Assembly (NCBI GenBank): GCA_018697035.1
Contig: JABHSE010000004.1
Coordinates: 259,300 to 323,299 of the forward strand
Length of the DNA: 64,000 nt
Source of the DNA: an archaeon
Lineage (GTDB): Archaea > Nanobdellota > Nanobdellia > Pacearchaeales > GW2011-AR1
Reading direction: 5' to 3'
The position numbers and the translations under genes are program-made. The notes beneath the pieces were generated by a model that saw nothing but the letters and a program-made list of their open reading frames with translations, had not been told where the DNA came from and did not search any database. Each line of letters opens with the position of its first letter. Positions within the stretch are counted from its first letter, which is position 1. Positions 35,163 through 43,464 of this stretch are shown in pieces.

Positions 35163-35504
35163 ATGTTTATACCAGATATCATGATAGACATTCTGAATTT
35201 CTATTCAGAATGGACAATAAAAAGCGCAGTATTAAGTCCAATAATTTCCATATTATTATTAATGATAATCATATGGAAATTAAAAATGACAACGGAGAGT
35301 ACTCAAATAATAGGAGCACTCCTACTCTTTACCATATCGCTCCCAATAGGGTTCATGGTAGGATTAATAATAGAAGTATTCTTTTTCCCATATGATCCAC
35401 CAAACGCAGGAGGAATCTTGGGATTGAATATAGCACCCCTATTTTGCCTCCTTGAGATAATGGACGAAAGCACTAGAGAACAACCACTAAAAACCTACTC
35501 ATAA
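35163..35504 (+). CDS. island 2: small three-TM membrane protein
   Basis: SD AAGGAGG 7 nt upstream. Preferred over the overlapping frame 35039-35395. Confidence 0.55.
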   Translation: MFIPDIMIDILNFYSEWTIKSAVLSPIISILLLMIIIWKLKMTTESTQIIGALLLFTISLPIGFMVGLIIEVFFFPYDPPNAGGILGLNIAPLFCLLEIMDESTREQPLKTYS

Positions 35505-35539
35505 ACCATCAAACTTCTTAAAAGATTTAATGCTTAAAA

Positions 35540-35581
35540 GATTGACAAAGCCTCTAGTTCATTAGAACCACTTTGTCAATC
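35540..35581 (+). terminator. hairpin GATTGACAAAG-N20-CTTTGTCAATC followed by T10
   Basis: An 11-bp stem, extendable by AAAA/TTTT, immediately followed by the T-run at 35582-35591. Confidence 0.6.
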
Positions 35582-35636
35582 TTTTTTTTTTCGCCAAAAC
35601 CTATATACTCCAATATGCTACATTAAACAACACACA
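35582..35636 (+). repeat. conserved T-run/AT-rich module, copy 2 of 4
   Basis: TTTTTTTTTTCGCCAAAACCTATATACTCCAATATGCTACATTAAACAACACACA. Confidence 0.7.
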
Positions 35637-35675
35637 TTAAAATCAAAAAAATTTCATAAAATCATATATTCCAAT

Positions 35676-37091
35676 CTATCTCCGAGCAACCCTATTCCGA
35701 GTATTCCTACCACCACCCCGAAACCCATCCTTAGACCCCCGAGCCGGCCTTCTACCATCACTACTCCCTCTATCTCGCCTAACACTTCTCTGCCCACCAG
35801 AACTAGCCCTTCCCCTACTTCCAACATTAGGACTCCGATCATTCCTAGGTCCTCTACTTCTCATTGGTCCCCGACCACCACTACTAGGTCTACCACGTCC
35901 CGAACTCCGACCTCCGAATCTAGAACCTCTTGTATCCTCAAGCATCTCAATCCTAACCCTCTCAAACCGCGGCGTCTCTGTCCTCTTAACCTCAAGTCCC
36001 TCATTCCGCCTCAACACATTCGAAAAATTATCATAATCCCTAGAAGCGACAATATTAACAGCCAACCCACTCTCTCCAGCCCTAGCAGTTCGCCCAATCC
36101 GATGAACATAATCCTTAGCGTCCTTCGGTAAATCATAATTATAAACATGGCTAACTCCCTTAATATCAAGCCCTCGAGCAGCAACATCAGTACAACAAAC
36201 AACACCAGCCATCCCTTCGCTAAACTCCTTCAAAACTCTAATCCGCTTCTTTTGATCCATTCCTCCATGAATCGCTCGAGCACTAACCTTATTCAACCTC
36301 AAATTCTTCTCAACAAAATCCGCATTCCTCCGAGTATTACAAAACACCATCGCAAGGCCATCGTGCTTCTGTTTCAACAAATGCACAAGCAAAGAAAACT
36401 TCTCCCCATCACGAACATCATAATAAATTTGCTTCAACTTAGAAGTATCAACATAATTCTCAACCGCAATCTCAATCGGAGCCTTCATATGCCTATCCGC
36501 AAAATCCGCCAAGTCCCCGCTAATCGTAGCCGAAAAAAGCAAAGTCTGCCTATTTTTAGGACATGCATCAACAATCTTAGAAACATCAAACTTAAATCCC
36601 ATATCCCACATCCGATCTGCCTCATCCAAAACCAAATAATCAACCTTACTCAAATCAACCATACGCTGTTTCAAATGATCTAACAATCTACCAGGCGTAG
36701 CAACAACAATATCCGCGTATACCAACTTCTTCTGCTGATGACTAATCGATACACCACCGTATACCGGCACAACTTCCAAATCTTTATAGTAAGCAAATTC
36801 CCTCAAAGCCTCAGCAACCTGCTCAGCCAACTCACGAGTCGGAGTTAAAATCAAACCCTGAATTCCCTTCCCCTTCTCGACATTCTTAATCATCCCAGAG
36901 CCAAAAGCCAACGTTTTCCCCGAACCAGTGGCAGAACCAGCGACGACATCCTTTCCTTCAAGAATCAACGGTATCGTTTTTTCCTGAATTTCTGAAGGCT
37001 TCGTAAACTTCTTATTCGAAATCACTTTCAAAACATGTTCACAAAGACCCAATTTTTCAAATTGTTCCATTCTAATCTTATAAATTTCCAA
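35676..37091 (-). CDS. DEAD-box ATP-dependent RNA helicase with an RG/S-rich C-terminal tail
   Basis: GSATGSGKT, PTRELA, DEAD, SAT and HRIGRTARAG motifs. The start could instead be the ATG at 37070 (MEQFEKLG). Confidence 0.9.
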   Translation of the reverse strand: MEIYKIRMEQFEKLGLCEHVLKVISNKKFTKPSEIQEKTIPLILEGKDVVAGSATGSGKTLAFGSGMIKNVEKGKGIQGLILTPTRELAEQVAEALREFAYYKDLEVVPVYGGVSISHQQKKLVYADIVVATPGRLLDHLKQRMVDLSKVDYLVLDEADRMWDMGFKFDVSKIVDACPKNRQTLLFSATISGDLADFADRHMKAPIEIAVENYVDTSKLKQIYYDVRDGEKFSLLVHLLKQKHDGLAMVFCNTRRNADFVEKNLRLNKVSARAIHGGMDQKKRIRVLKEFSEGMAGVVCCTDVAARGLDIKGVSHVYNYDLPKDAKDYVHRIGRTARAGESGLAVNIVASRDYDNFSNVLRRNEGLEVKRTETPRFERVRIEMLEDTRGSRFGGRSSGRGRPSSGGRGPMRSRGPRNDRSPNVGSRGRASSGGQRSVRRDRGSSDGRRPARGSKDGFRGGGRNTRNRVARR

Positions 37092-37195
37092 GAATTTTTC
37101 TCAGACCTGAATCCCCATGACCAAGGCCTAAGGACTCTAACTTATAATAAAAAACCAAAAGATAGCTATATAAGTCTTTGCATCCACAAATCTTC

Positions 37196-37333
37196 ATGCC
37201 GAAAAAATGTCCCGCTTGTAACTCAACTCGCTATCAGAAAATCGAAGGTGACTTCAAATGTGCCAGATGTGGATTCATAAACAAACCAAACGAAAACATA
37301 AAACTCGACTCACAAATAACTACTCTTTCTTAA
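37196..37333 (+). CDS. 45-aa zinc-ribbon protein (not in the ORF track)
   Basis: MPKKCPACNSTRYQKIEGDFKCARCGF.. with CxxC-x14-CxxC. TATA box CTATATAAG ~22 nt upstream. Confidence 0.45.
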   Translation: MPKKCPACNSTRYQKIEGDFKCARCGFINKPNENIKLDSQITTLS

Positions 37334-38066
37334 CTTCGTCAACTTCCCCCTTACTCCCTTCCAATTCTTGAAGCTCGCTTTCTTCTTTCTTCAACTTCAT
37401 CTTAACTGCTTCAATCCGAGCCAACTTATCCCTCTCAGCTTTTATCTTCCCAATCTTAACCTCTGTCTCATTCACTCGCTTTTCCATATACTCAAGCTCC
37501 CTATCGTCATCACTTACAACACCCTTACTTTTATATCCGCGTTTCATCATCATAAAAACACCAACCATAACCAAAGCACCAACCAAAAAATACCACCAGT
37601 AAGAAAAACTATCTTTAACATCAGTAACCTTTCCAGTTAAATACGAAGATGCACTCTCAACTTCAGGTTCTTCCCCTTCAATAAGTATACTTTCATTCTT
37701 AACAACATCCGAAACATTTTCAACTTTCCAAACATCAACAACACATTCCGAAGACAAACAGTTAATAAAAACAGGTTTATCTGTTTTCATATTCAAAAAA
37801 TCCGAATCCCTAACTTTCGTCCCAGAATCAAGCACCATAATCTGCAACCTATAATTCTCAACATTCAAAGAAAAAAACGTAGTCTCAAAAAAACCATCAT
37901 CATCAACCAGCCCCTTGTCCAGATTCAAAACCTGACCACCTTCACCAGGCCAAACATAAATCTTAACCTCATTCCCATCATCAGCCTGAACCCGAATCGG
38001 CTCGTCCATAGCGAACACGCCACTCATCATCATCAGAACAAACACACCAAAAACAACACATCTCAT
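37320..38066 (-). CDS. secreted/membrane-anchored protein with a C-terminal cytoplasmic coiled coil
   Basis: Signal peptide MRCVVFGVFVLMMMSGVFA and the TM segment WWYFLVGALVMVGVFMMM. The ATG at 38066 lies 20 nt after the TATA box. Confidence 0.6.
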   Translation of the reverse strand: MRCVVFGVFVLMMMSGVFAMDEPIRVQADDGNEVKIYVWPGEGGQVLNLDKGLVDDDGFFETTFFSLNVENYRLQIMVLDSGTKVRDSDFLNMKTDKPVFINCLSSECVVDVWKVENVSDVVKNESILIEGEEPEVESASSYLTGKVTDVKDSFSYWWYFLVGALVMVGVFMMMKRGYKSKGVVSDDDRELEYMEKRVNETEVKIGKIKAERDKLARIEAVKMKLKKEESELQELEGSKGEVDEVKKE

Positions 38067-38156
38067 CAAAATAACCAAACAACATTCTTTAAAAATATTT
38101 CGCTAACAACACCCAATCACTAACTTTAAAAACAAATCTTATTTCCCTAGATTATA

Positions 38157-38227
38157 GATCCCGTAGTCTAGTGGTAAAACAACTCGTTTACACCGAGTAG
38201 CTCGAAGTTCGATTCTTCGCGGGATCA
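38157..38227 (+). tRNA. tRNA-Val: tRNA-Val (anticodon TAC)
   Basis: Hand fold: acceptor GATCCCG/CGGGATC, anticodon arm ACTCG-TTTACAC-CGAGT, T arm CGAAG-TTCGATT-CTTCG, discriminator A. The D stem is weak. Confidence 0.8.
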
Positions 38228-38340
38228 TTAAGGGATTGTAAATCCCTTCCATCTCGCCAAGCATGGGACAACTGTTCGATTGGAGGAGATGCTATTCTAA
38301 TCAAACTAAATTAAAAATTCATTGATTAGAATTGCTTCGA

Positions 38341-38384
38341 CGATTTATTTCGCGGGATCATAAATCACTTTTCATCTCACTAAG
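38341..38384 (+). repeat. duplicate of the tRNA-Val 3' end plus downstream flank
   Basis: CGATTTATTTCGCGGGATCA-TAAATCACTTTTCATCTCACTAAG versus 38210-38261 CGATTCTTCGCGGGATCA..TAAATCCCTTCCATCTCGCCAAG. Confidence 0.6.
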
Positions 38385-38423
38385 AGTAATAACATTTAAA
38401 AACAAAATCAGCCATATCAAATC

Positions 38424-40286
38424 ATGTCAACCCATAATCCTTCATCTCAGGAAAAATCAGTCGAACAAAACTTAGCAAAAGATTACGTCCCAAAATCCAA
38501 ACCAGGAAACCTCCCAATATCAAATCAGGTAGACCAGGCCATGAAAAAGAAAATGGAAAAAACCCAAAAGGAAATAGAAAAATTCAAAATAGAATTCCTA
38601 AAGAAATACAAAAATACTCAAAGCGTCGGAATCATTCCACAACAAGCCGCTAAAAAAATAGAAGAAGAATACGAAATCTCCGAAGACGACTCCAAGCGAG
38701 AACTAATCCACATCTTAACAATAGTCCCAGAATCCCAATATAAAAAAATCGGGCAAATAAAACTCGACGCGATAGAAATAGCAAAAAAAATCAACGACAA
38801 ACTCTGGGTGCACATAATGACCCCAATAGATTTTTGGAACCTAGGTCTTGACTCAAAATTCGAAGTAATGGAAGCCCTAGCAATGTCATATCCGCTTCAC
38901 GATAAAGGATTCTTGGGAAGCGTCCGAGTAGCTCAAATCCATAAATCTCTAGTCTTGAAAAAATTCGAAAAATACGTCACATCCTACGTAATCGGTGGCT
39001 CCCTAACAAGAGGTGAAACAATCAAAACTTCCGACATAGACGTCTTCATAGTAATCGACGACACCGACGTAAAACGAATGCCGAGAATGGAACTTAAAGA
39101 AAAACTCCGAGGCATAATCTATTCATATATAGGAGAAGCCGAAGCAATATCAGGAGTTAAGAACAAACTATCTCCACAAATCTACTTAATGACAGAATTC
39201 TGGGAAGCCGTAAAAGACGCACACCCAGTAATGTTCTCCTTCATCCGAGACGGCATCCCACTTTACGACCGAGGCGCATTCCTACCTTGGAAGTCACTTC
39301 TAAGAATGGGAAAAATCAAACCATCCCCCGAGGCAATCGATATGTTCATGAGCTCCGGCGACAAAATCAAAGAAATCATAGACAAAAAACTCTTCGACAT
39401 AGCAACACTAGATCTCTTCTGGGGAATCTCAACACCGACACAAGGACTTCTAATGCTTTACGGCCAAGCACCAGGAAACGTCTACGATACAGTCAAAGCC
39501 TTCAGAGAAACATTCGTAACAAAAGAAAAACTAATTGAGAAAAAATACGCCGACATCCTAGATAATATCGCAATCAAACACTTCAAAGCAATGGAACACG
39601 GCAAAATAAAACCAGGCGACATTAAAGGAGAACAAGTTGACAAACTAAGAAAGGATGCGCTAGATTACATCGCAAGACTAAAAGAACTACGAGAACAAAT
39701 AGAAAAACGAATCCAGGAAAAATCAATCGAACAAATATACAAAGACACATTCGGCATGGTAGGCAGTCTCCTAAAGAAAAAATCCGAAGCAACAATAATA
39801 AGCGAATTCGATAAAAAGATAATCCAAAAAGGAAAATTCCCTCCAAGATTCCTAACAAATCTAAAATTCATAGCAAAAACCAGACGAGACATAGCAAAAA
39901 CTCAATTAGAAAAGAAAAAGACAACAAAGAAAAAAGACAATCTAACATTCAAACAATCTCAAAACGTAGACCAAGCAAGGAAACACGCAGCCGAAATAAC
40001 AACAGCCCTAATCGAACACACACAACGTTGCGAACTAGCATCCCTAGAAAAATCCCGCTTCCAAATCAAATCCCACGACACACAAGCCGAAGTCTTCTTC
40101 CTAAAAAACACATTCCTAGTTCAACCAAATCAAATTCAGAAAATATCAAAAGACAAACTAATCAAATCAACACCAAAAGAATTACAAGAACAAATAACAA
40201 CGCAAGGAAATAAAGAAACAAAAATAGACCACAAATCTCTATCAACCCTACATAAAATCTTCGGCGAATTCGATTTAGTTTATTAA
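38424..40286 (+). CDS. nucleotidyltransferase (pol-beta fold) domain protein with long helical extensions
   Basis: GGSLTRGETIKTSDIDVFIVIDD is a GS..DxD NTase motif. Confidence 0.6.
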   Translation: MSTHNPSSQEKSVEQNLAKDYVPKSKPGNLPISNQVDQAMKKKMEKTQKEIEKFKIEFLKKYKNTQSVGIIPQQAAKKIEEEYEISEDDSKRELIHILTIVPESQYKKIGQIKLDAIEIAKKINDKLWVHIMTPIDFWNLGLDSKFEVMEALAMSYPLHDKGFLGSVRVAQIHKSLVLKKFEKYVTSYVIGGSLTRGETIKTSDIDVFIVIDDTDVKRMPRMELKEKLRGIIYSYIGEAEAISGVKNKLSPQIYLMTEFWEAVKDAHPVMFSFIRDGIPLYDRGAFLPWKSLLRMGKIKPSPEAIDMFMSSGDKIKEIIDKKLFDIATLDLFWGISTPTQGLLMLYGQAPGNVYDTVKAFRETFVTKEKLIEKKYADILDNIAIKHFKAMEHGKIKPGDIKGEQVDKLRKDALDYIARLKELREQIEKRIQEKSIEQIYKDTFGMVGSLLKKKSEATIISEFDKKIIQKGKFPPRFLTNLKFIAKTRRDIAKTQLEKKKTTKKKDNLTFKQSQNVDQARKHAAEITTALIEHTQRCELASLEKSRFQIKSHDTQAEVFFLKNTFLVQPNQIQKISKDKLIKSTPKELQEQITTQGNKETKIDHKSLSTLHKIFGEFDLVY

Positions 40287-40339
40287 TATATATTTTAAAA
40301 CACACATCTTCTTTTAAAACATATAAGCATAAACACATT

Positions 40340-40756
40340 ATGACACAGGAATTCCAATACGACATCTACATGATATGCCCAGTAAGAAACGCAACATTAG
40401 AGGAAATAGGACTTCTCAAAGAATACAGAGACAAATTCACAAAAAAAGGAAAAACAGTTTGTTATCCAGCGGAAAGCACTAATCAGAACGACACAACTGG
40501 AGGATATCAGATATGCGAAGACCACTGCAATGAGATTCATTGCTCAGATGAAGTTCATGTTTACTGGAACCCAGACTCAAGCGGAAGCTATGTAGATCTA
40601 GGAACAGCATTCCCAAACCATTTCGTCCACGGCAGAAATATCCAGTTAATAAATAGAAACACAGTAGAAGAGATGGTAGATCAACATAAAAATAACGGAG
40701 TCACAAAAAGCTACGAACACGTCCTCCTAAAACTCGACAACCTAGCAAAACTCTAA
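40340..40756 (+). CDS. hypothetical protein, possibly nucleoside 2-deoxyribosyltransferase-like
   Basis: The pattern IYMICPVR .. VHVYWNPDSSGSYVDLGTAF resembles the Rossmann-like deoxyribosyltransferase-like layout. Weak call. Confidence 0.3.
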   Translation: MTQEFQYDIYMICPVRNATLEEIGLLKEYRDKFTKKGKTVCYPAESTNQNDTTGGYQICEDHCNEIHCSDEVHVYWNPDSSGSYVDLGTAFPNHFVHGRNIQLINRNTVEEMVDQHKNNGVTKSYEHVLLKLDNLAKL

Positions 40757-40798
40757 CCAAACCAAATCTTTAAAAACAAAACTTTCACTTAACTTACC

Positions 40799-41065
40799 AT
40801 GACAATCGCAAAAGTAATTCAATTCAGAAGAGGACGAAAAACATTCAAACCCAGACACTTCCTCCTAGAAATTCCAGGAACAACAACAAGAGAGGCAGCC
40901 TCGGAACTAGTCGGAAAAACAGCCACATGGACATCTCCAGGGAAACAAGCAAAAAAAATCACAGGTAAAATTTCTTCAGCACACGGCGGCAACGGCGTAG
41001 TCCGAGCAATCTTCGAAATAGGTTTGCCAGGTCAGGCAATCGGAACAGAAGTAGAAATCAATTAA
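40799..41065 (+). CDS. rpl35ae: 50S ribosomal protein L35Ae
   Basis: GKISSAHGGNGVVRAIF and overall similarity to eL33/L35Ae. 88 aa. Confidence 0.85.
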   Translation: MTIAKVIQFRRGRKTFKPRHFLLEIPGTTTREAASELVGKTATWTSPGKQAKKITGKISSAHGGNGVVRAIFEIGLPGQAIGTEVEIN

Positions 41066-41066
41066 T

Positions 41067-41612
41067 ATGGCACTAAGAAAAGGATCAGCATACAGCAAAC
41101 GATACGCAAGGCCCTACACTCGTGTCTCCAAAAAACGAGCAAAAACATACATTAAAACAGTTCCAAATGCTAAAATTGTAAAATACAAAATGGGTGACCA
41201 AAGAGCATTTGACGCCGGAGAGTTTCCAGTAGTACTTCACATGATATCAAAAGAGAAATGCCAAATCCGAGACAACTCAATCGAAGCAATCCGTCAGTAC
41301 CTAAACCGTTTCTTACAAGTAAAAGTCGGAAAGGAATTCTATCTCGAAGTAAAAATAGTTCCTCATCACATTCTACGAGAAAACAAAATGCTTACAGGTG
41401 CAGGAGCTGATCGTATGCAGACAGGTATGAGCCGAGCCTTTGGTAAAACCATGGGAAGAGCAGCATTAGTAAAACCAAATCAAGTCCTTTACATTGTAGG
41501 AGTAAAAACATTAAAAGCCGAAGCACAAGCAAGAAAACTAATCCAATCTATCAAAGCACGAATCGCTTGCAAAACCTCAATAACAAATGTCATGCCTCCG
41601 ATTAAGGCGTAA
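41067..41612 (+). CDS. rpl10e: 50S ribosomal protein L10e (uL16)
   Basis: MALRKGSAYSKRYARPYTRVSKK..LTGAGADRMQTGM is canonical L10e. Confidence 0.9.
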   Translation: MALRKGSAYSKRYARPYTRVSKKRAKTYIKTVPNAKIVKYKMGDQRAFDAGEFPVVLHMISKEKCQIRDNSIEAIRQYLNRFLQVKVGKEFYLEVKIVPHHILRENKMLTGAGADRMQTGMSRAFGKTMGRAALVKPNQVLYIVGVKTLKAEAQARKLIQSIKARIACKTSITNVMPPIKA

Positions 41613-41643
41613 ATCTTATTAACTCAATACAATATCAATCTCT

Positions 41644-42723
41644 ATGAAAACTTTTTTTATCCTCGGCAGAAACCCAGAACTTTCTCGTAACGAAATCCTA
41701 GAATTCCTAAAGGCAAGAAACCGAGCCCATAATGAAATTCTCTTTGAAGAAAACCTTTTAGTTATAGAGTTCAACGAAGGTGAAAGACTCGATATACAAG
41801 AATTCGGCGGCACAATGCACCTCGGAGAAATCACATTCGAAGGCACGAACGAAAAACTAAAAATCCATCTAAATAAAAACGAAATAGTTCCCTCAGATAA
41901 ATTCACATACGCCACATTCGGGAACCAAGACCCACAAATTCTAAAAGACAAATTCAAAAAAGAAAAGAAAATAGCATCAATCAAACACGGTAGGAAACTA
42001 ATAAAATTCCAAGACGGAAACAAACAAGAAAACCCAAAGGCCGACTTCTACATCTTCCACCACTCTCACAATGACACAATATACCTAGCAACAGCGACCC
42101 AAACCTACGACCCAACCGAAGTCAAAAATCGAGACATGAATAAACCCGTCAGAAGAGAAGAACTCGCAATATCCCCAAGACTCTCTAAAATACTAATCAA
42201 CCTTTCAGGAGCAAAACCTCACGACAAACTATTAGATCCATTCTGCGGAATCGGAGGAATCCTAGCCGAAGCTCTAATTAAAAAAATAAACGTACACGGA
42301 ATCGACAAAGAAAGAGAAGCAACAATCGGAGCCGAACAAAATCTAAAATGGCTAACTCAGGAATATGCAATACAAACCAAATATCAGATAGAAAACAACG
42401 ACTCCAGACGAGCCCCAGACCTACAATTCAACGCAATAGCAACCGAAACACCACTAGGAAAACTCCTAACCAAAAAACCCTCTGAAAACCAAGCAAGACA
42501 AATCATCACAAATTTCGAAGCTTACATGGTCCCAATCCTAAAACGCCTCAAGAAAGTCAAAAAACCTTCCGCAAAAATCGCAATAACATTCCCAGTAATA
42601 CGAAACCTCCACACAGACGCACAGAAAATAGCCGAAAGATCCGGACTCAGAATATACATCCAACCAATCCAAGAATCAAGATCCGACCAATTCGTCTCCA
42701 GAGACATTCTAGTTCTCCAATAA
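41644..42723 (+). CDS. SAM-dependent RNA methyltransferase, Trm11/TrmG10-like
   Basis: LLDPFCGIGGILAEA is SAM motif I, and the N-terminal domain resembles Trm11. The catalytic motif is divergent (TETPLG). Confidence 0.55.
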   Translation: MKTFFILGRNPELSRNEILEFLKARNRAHNEILFEENLLVIEFNEGERLDIQEFGGTMHLGEITFEGTNEKLKIHLNKNEIVPSDKFTYATFGNQDPQILKDKFKKEKKIASIKHGRKLIKFQDGNKQENPKADFYIFHHSHNDTIYLATATQTYDPTEVKNRDMNKPVRREELAISPRLSKILINLSGAKPHDKLLDPFCGIGGILAEALIKKINVHGIDKEREATIGAEQNLKWLTQEYAIQTKYQIENNDSRRAPDLQFNAIATETPLGKLLTKKPSENQARQIITNFEAYMVPILKRLKKVKKPSAKIAITFPVIRNLHTDAQKIAERSGLRIYIQPIQESRSDQFVSRDILVLQ

Positions 42724-42785
42724 TAATAACTCCTAAATAGAGACAACAATAGAAACATTTAAATAAAATAAAATTCTAAAATAGT

Positions 42786-42986
42786 ATGGAAAATAATTAT
42801 AGAAATCCAGAAAACGAAAGAGAAATCCCTGACAATTTAGGAACCAGGGTATTAATGAAGCACATGAGAAGTAACTCACCTTCCTTCGGTAGGAAAAAGG
42901 ATGGAAAATACACTTTAACAAAAGAAGAGATTAGTAGAGTAACAGATTATTGCGAAACATATAATATATATTTAGAACCTGATTAA
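42786..42986 (+). CDS. small hypothetical protein
   Basis: 66-aa ORF with TATA box CATTTAAATAA ~26 nt upstream. Confidence 0.4.
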   Translation: MENNYRNPENEREIPDNLGTRVLMKHMRSNSPSFGRKKDGKYTLTKEEISRVTDYCETYNIYLEPD

Positions 42987-43062
42987 CCTTTTCTAAAATC
43001 GTCACCACCACGAAATGATAACAAACCCAAAACTTTAAATACTAATAATAACGTATTCCATC

Positions 43063-43464
43063 ATGGAAAATGACACAAACAACTGGAATACCTCAGAAGA
43101 TATTAATTCAGTTGGAAAAGGGAAACTTGATTCTCTAGAAAATAACATTAAAGAATTGGAAAGTATGATCAAAGAAAGGAATACCTTAAGTAATAATTTT
43201 ATAAAAGAAGGTGAAGGCATGAAATCCAACATCAAAACATTTTTAATTGAAAACTCACCCGAAGGAGAAGGTGACTCTGAATTCGCAAGAGAAAGATCCG
43301 AACTCCGAAAGAAACAAATCGAAATCTCAGAACTCCAACTTAATGAAAAAGTAAACTGCTGGCGAGACATCGCACTTCTAAAAAAAGAATTCCGTGAAAA
43401 TATAAAAGAATTAAATGAAAAGAAAAGCCGATCAGATATGCTCGGAAGAATTCTAAGTGAATAA
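43063..43464 (+). CDS. coiled-coil hypothetical protein
   Basis: E/K/L-rich. Its stop overlaps the start of the next gene (TAATG). Confidence 0.55.
   Translation: MENDTNNWNTSEDINSVGKGKLDSLENNIKELESMIKERNTLSNNFIKEGEGMKSNIKTFLIENSPEGEGDSEFARERSELRKKQIEISELQLNEKVNCWRDIALLKKEFRENIKELNEKKSRSDMLGRILSE

Noticed and set aside
35039-35395. 118-aa ORF overlapping the three-TM protein gene.
   Set aside because: It overlaps 35163-35504, which has a strong AAGGAGG SD sequence and clear TM segments. The 35039 frame also overlaps the SD-led 34939-35100 peptide.
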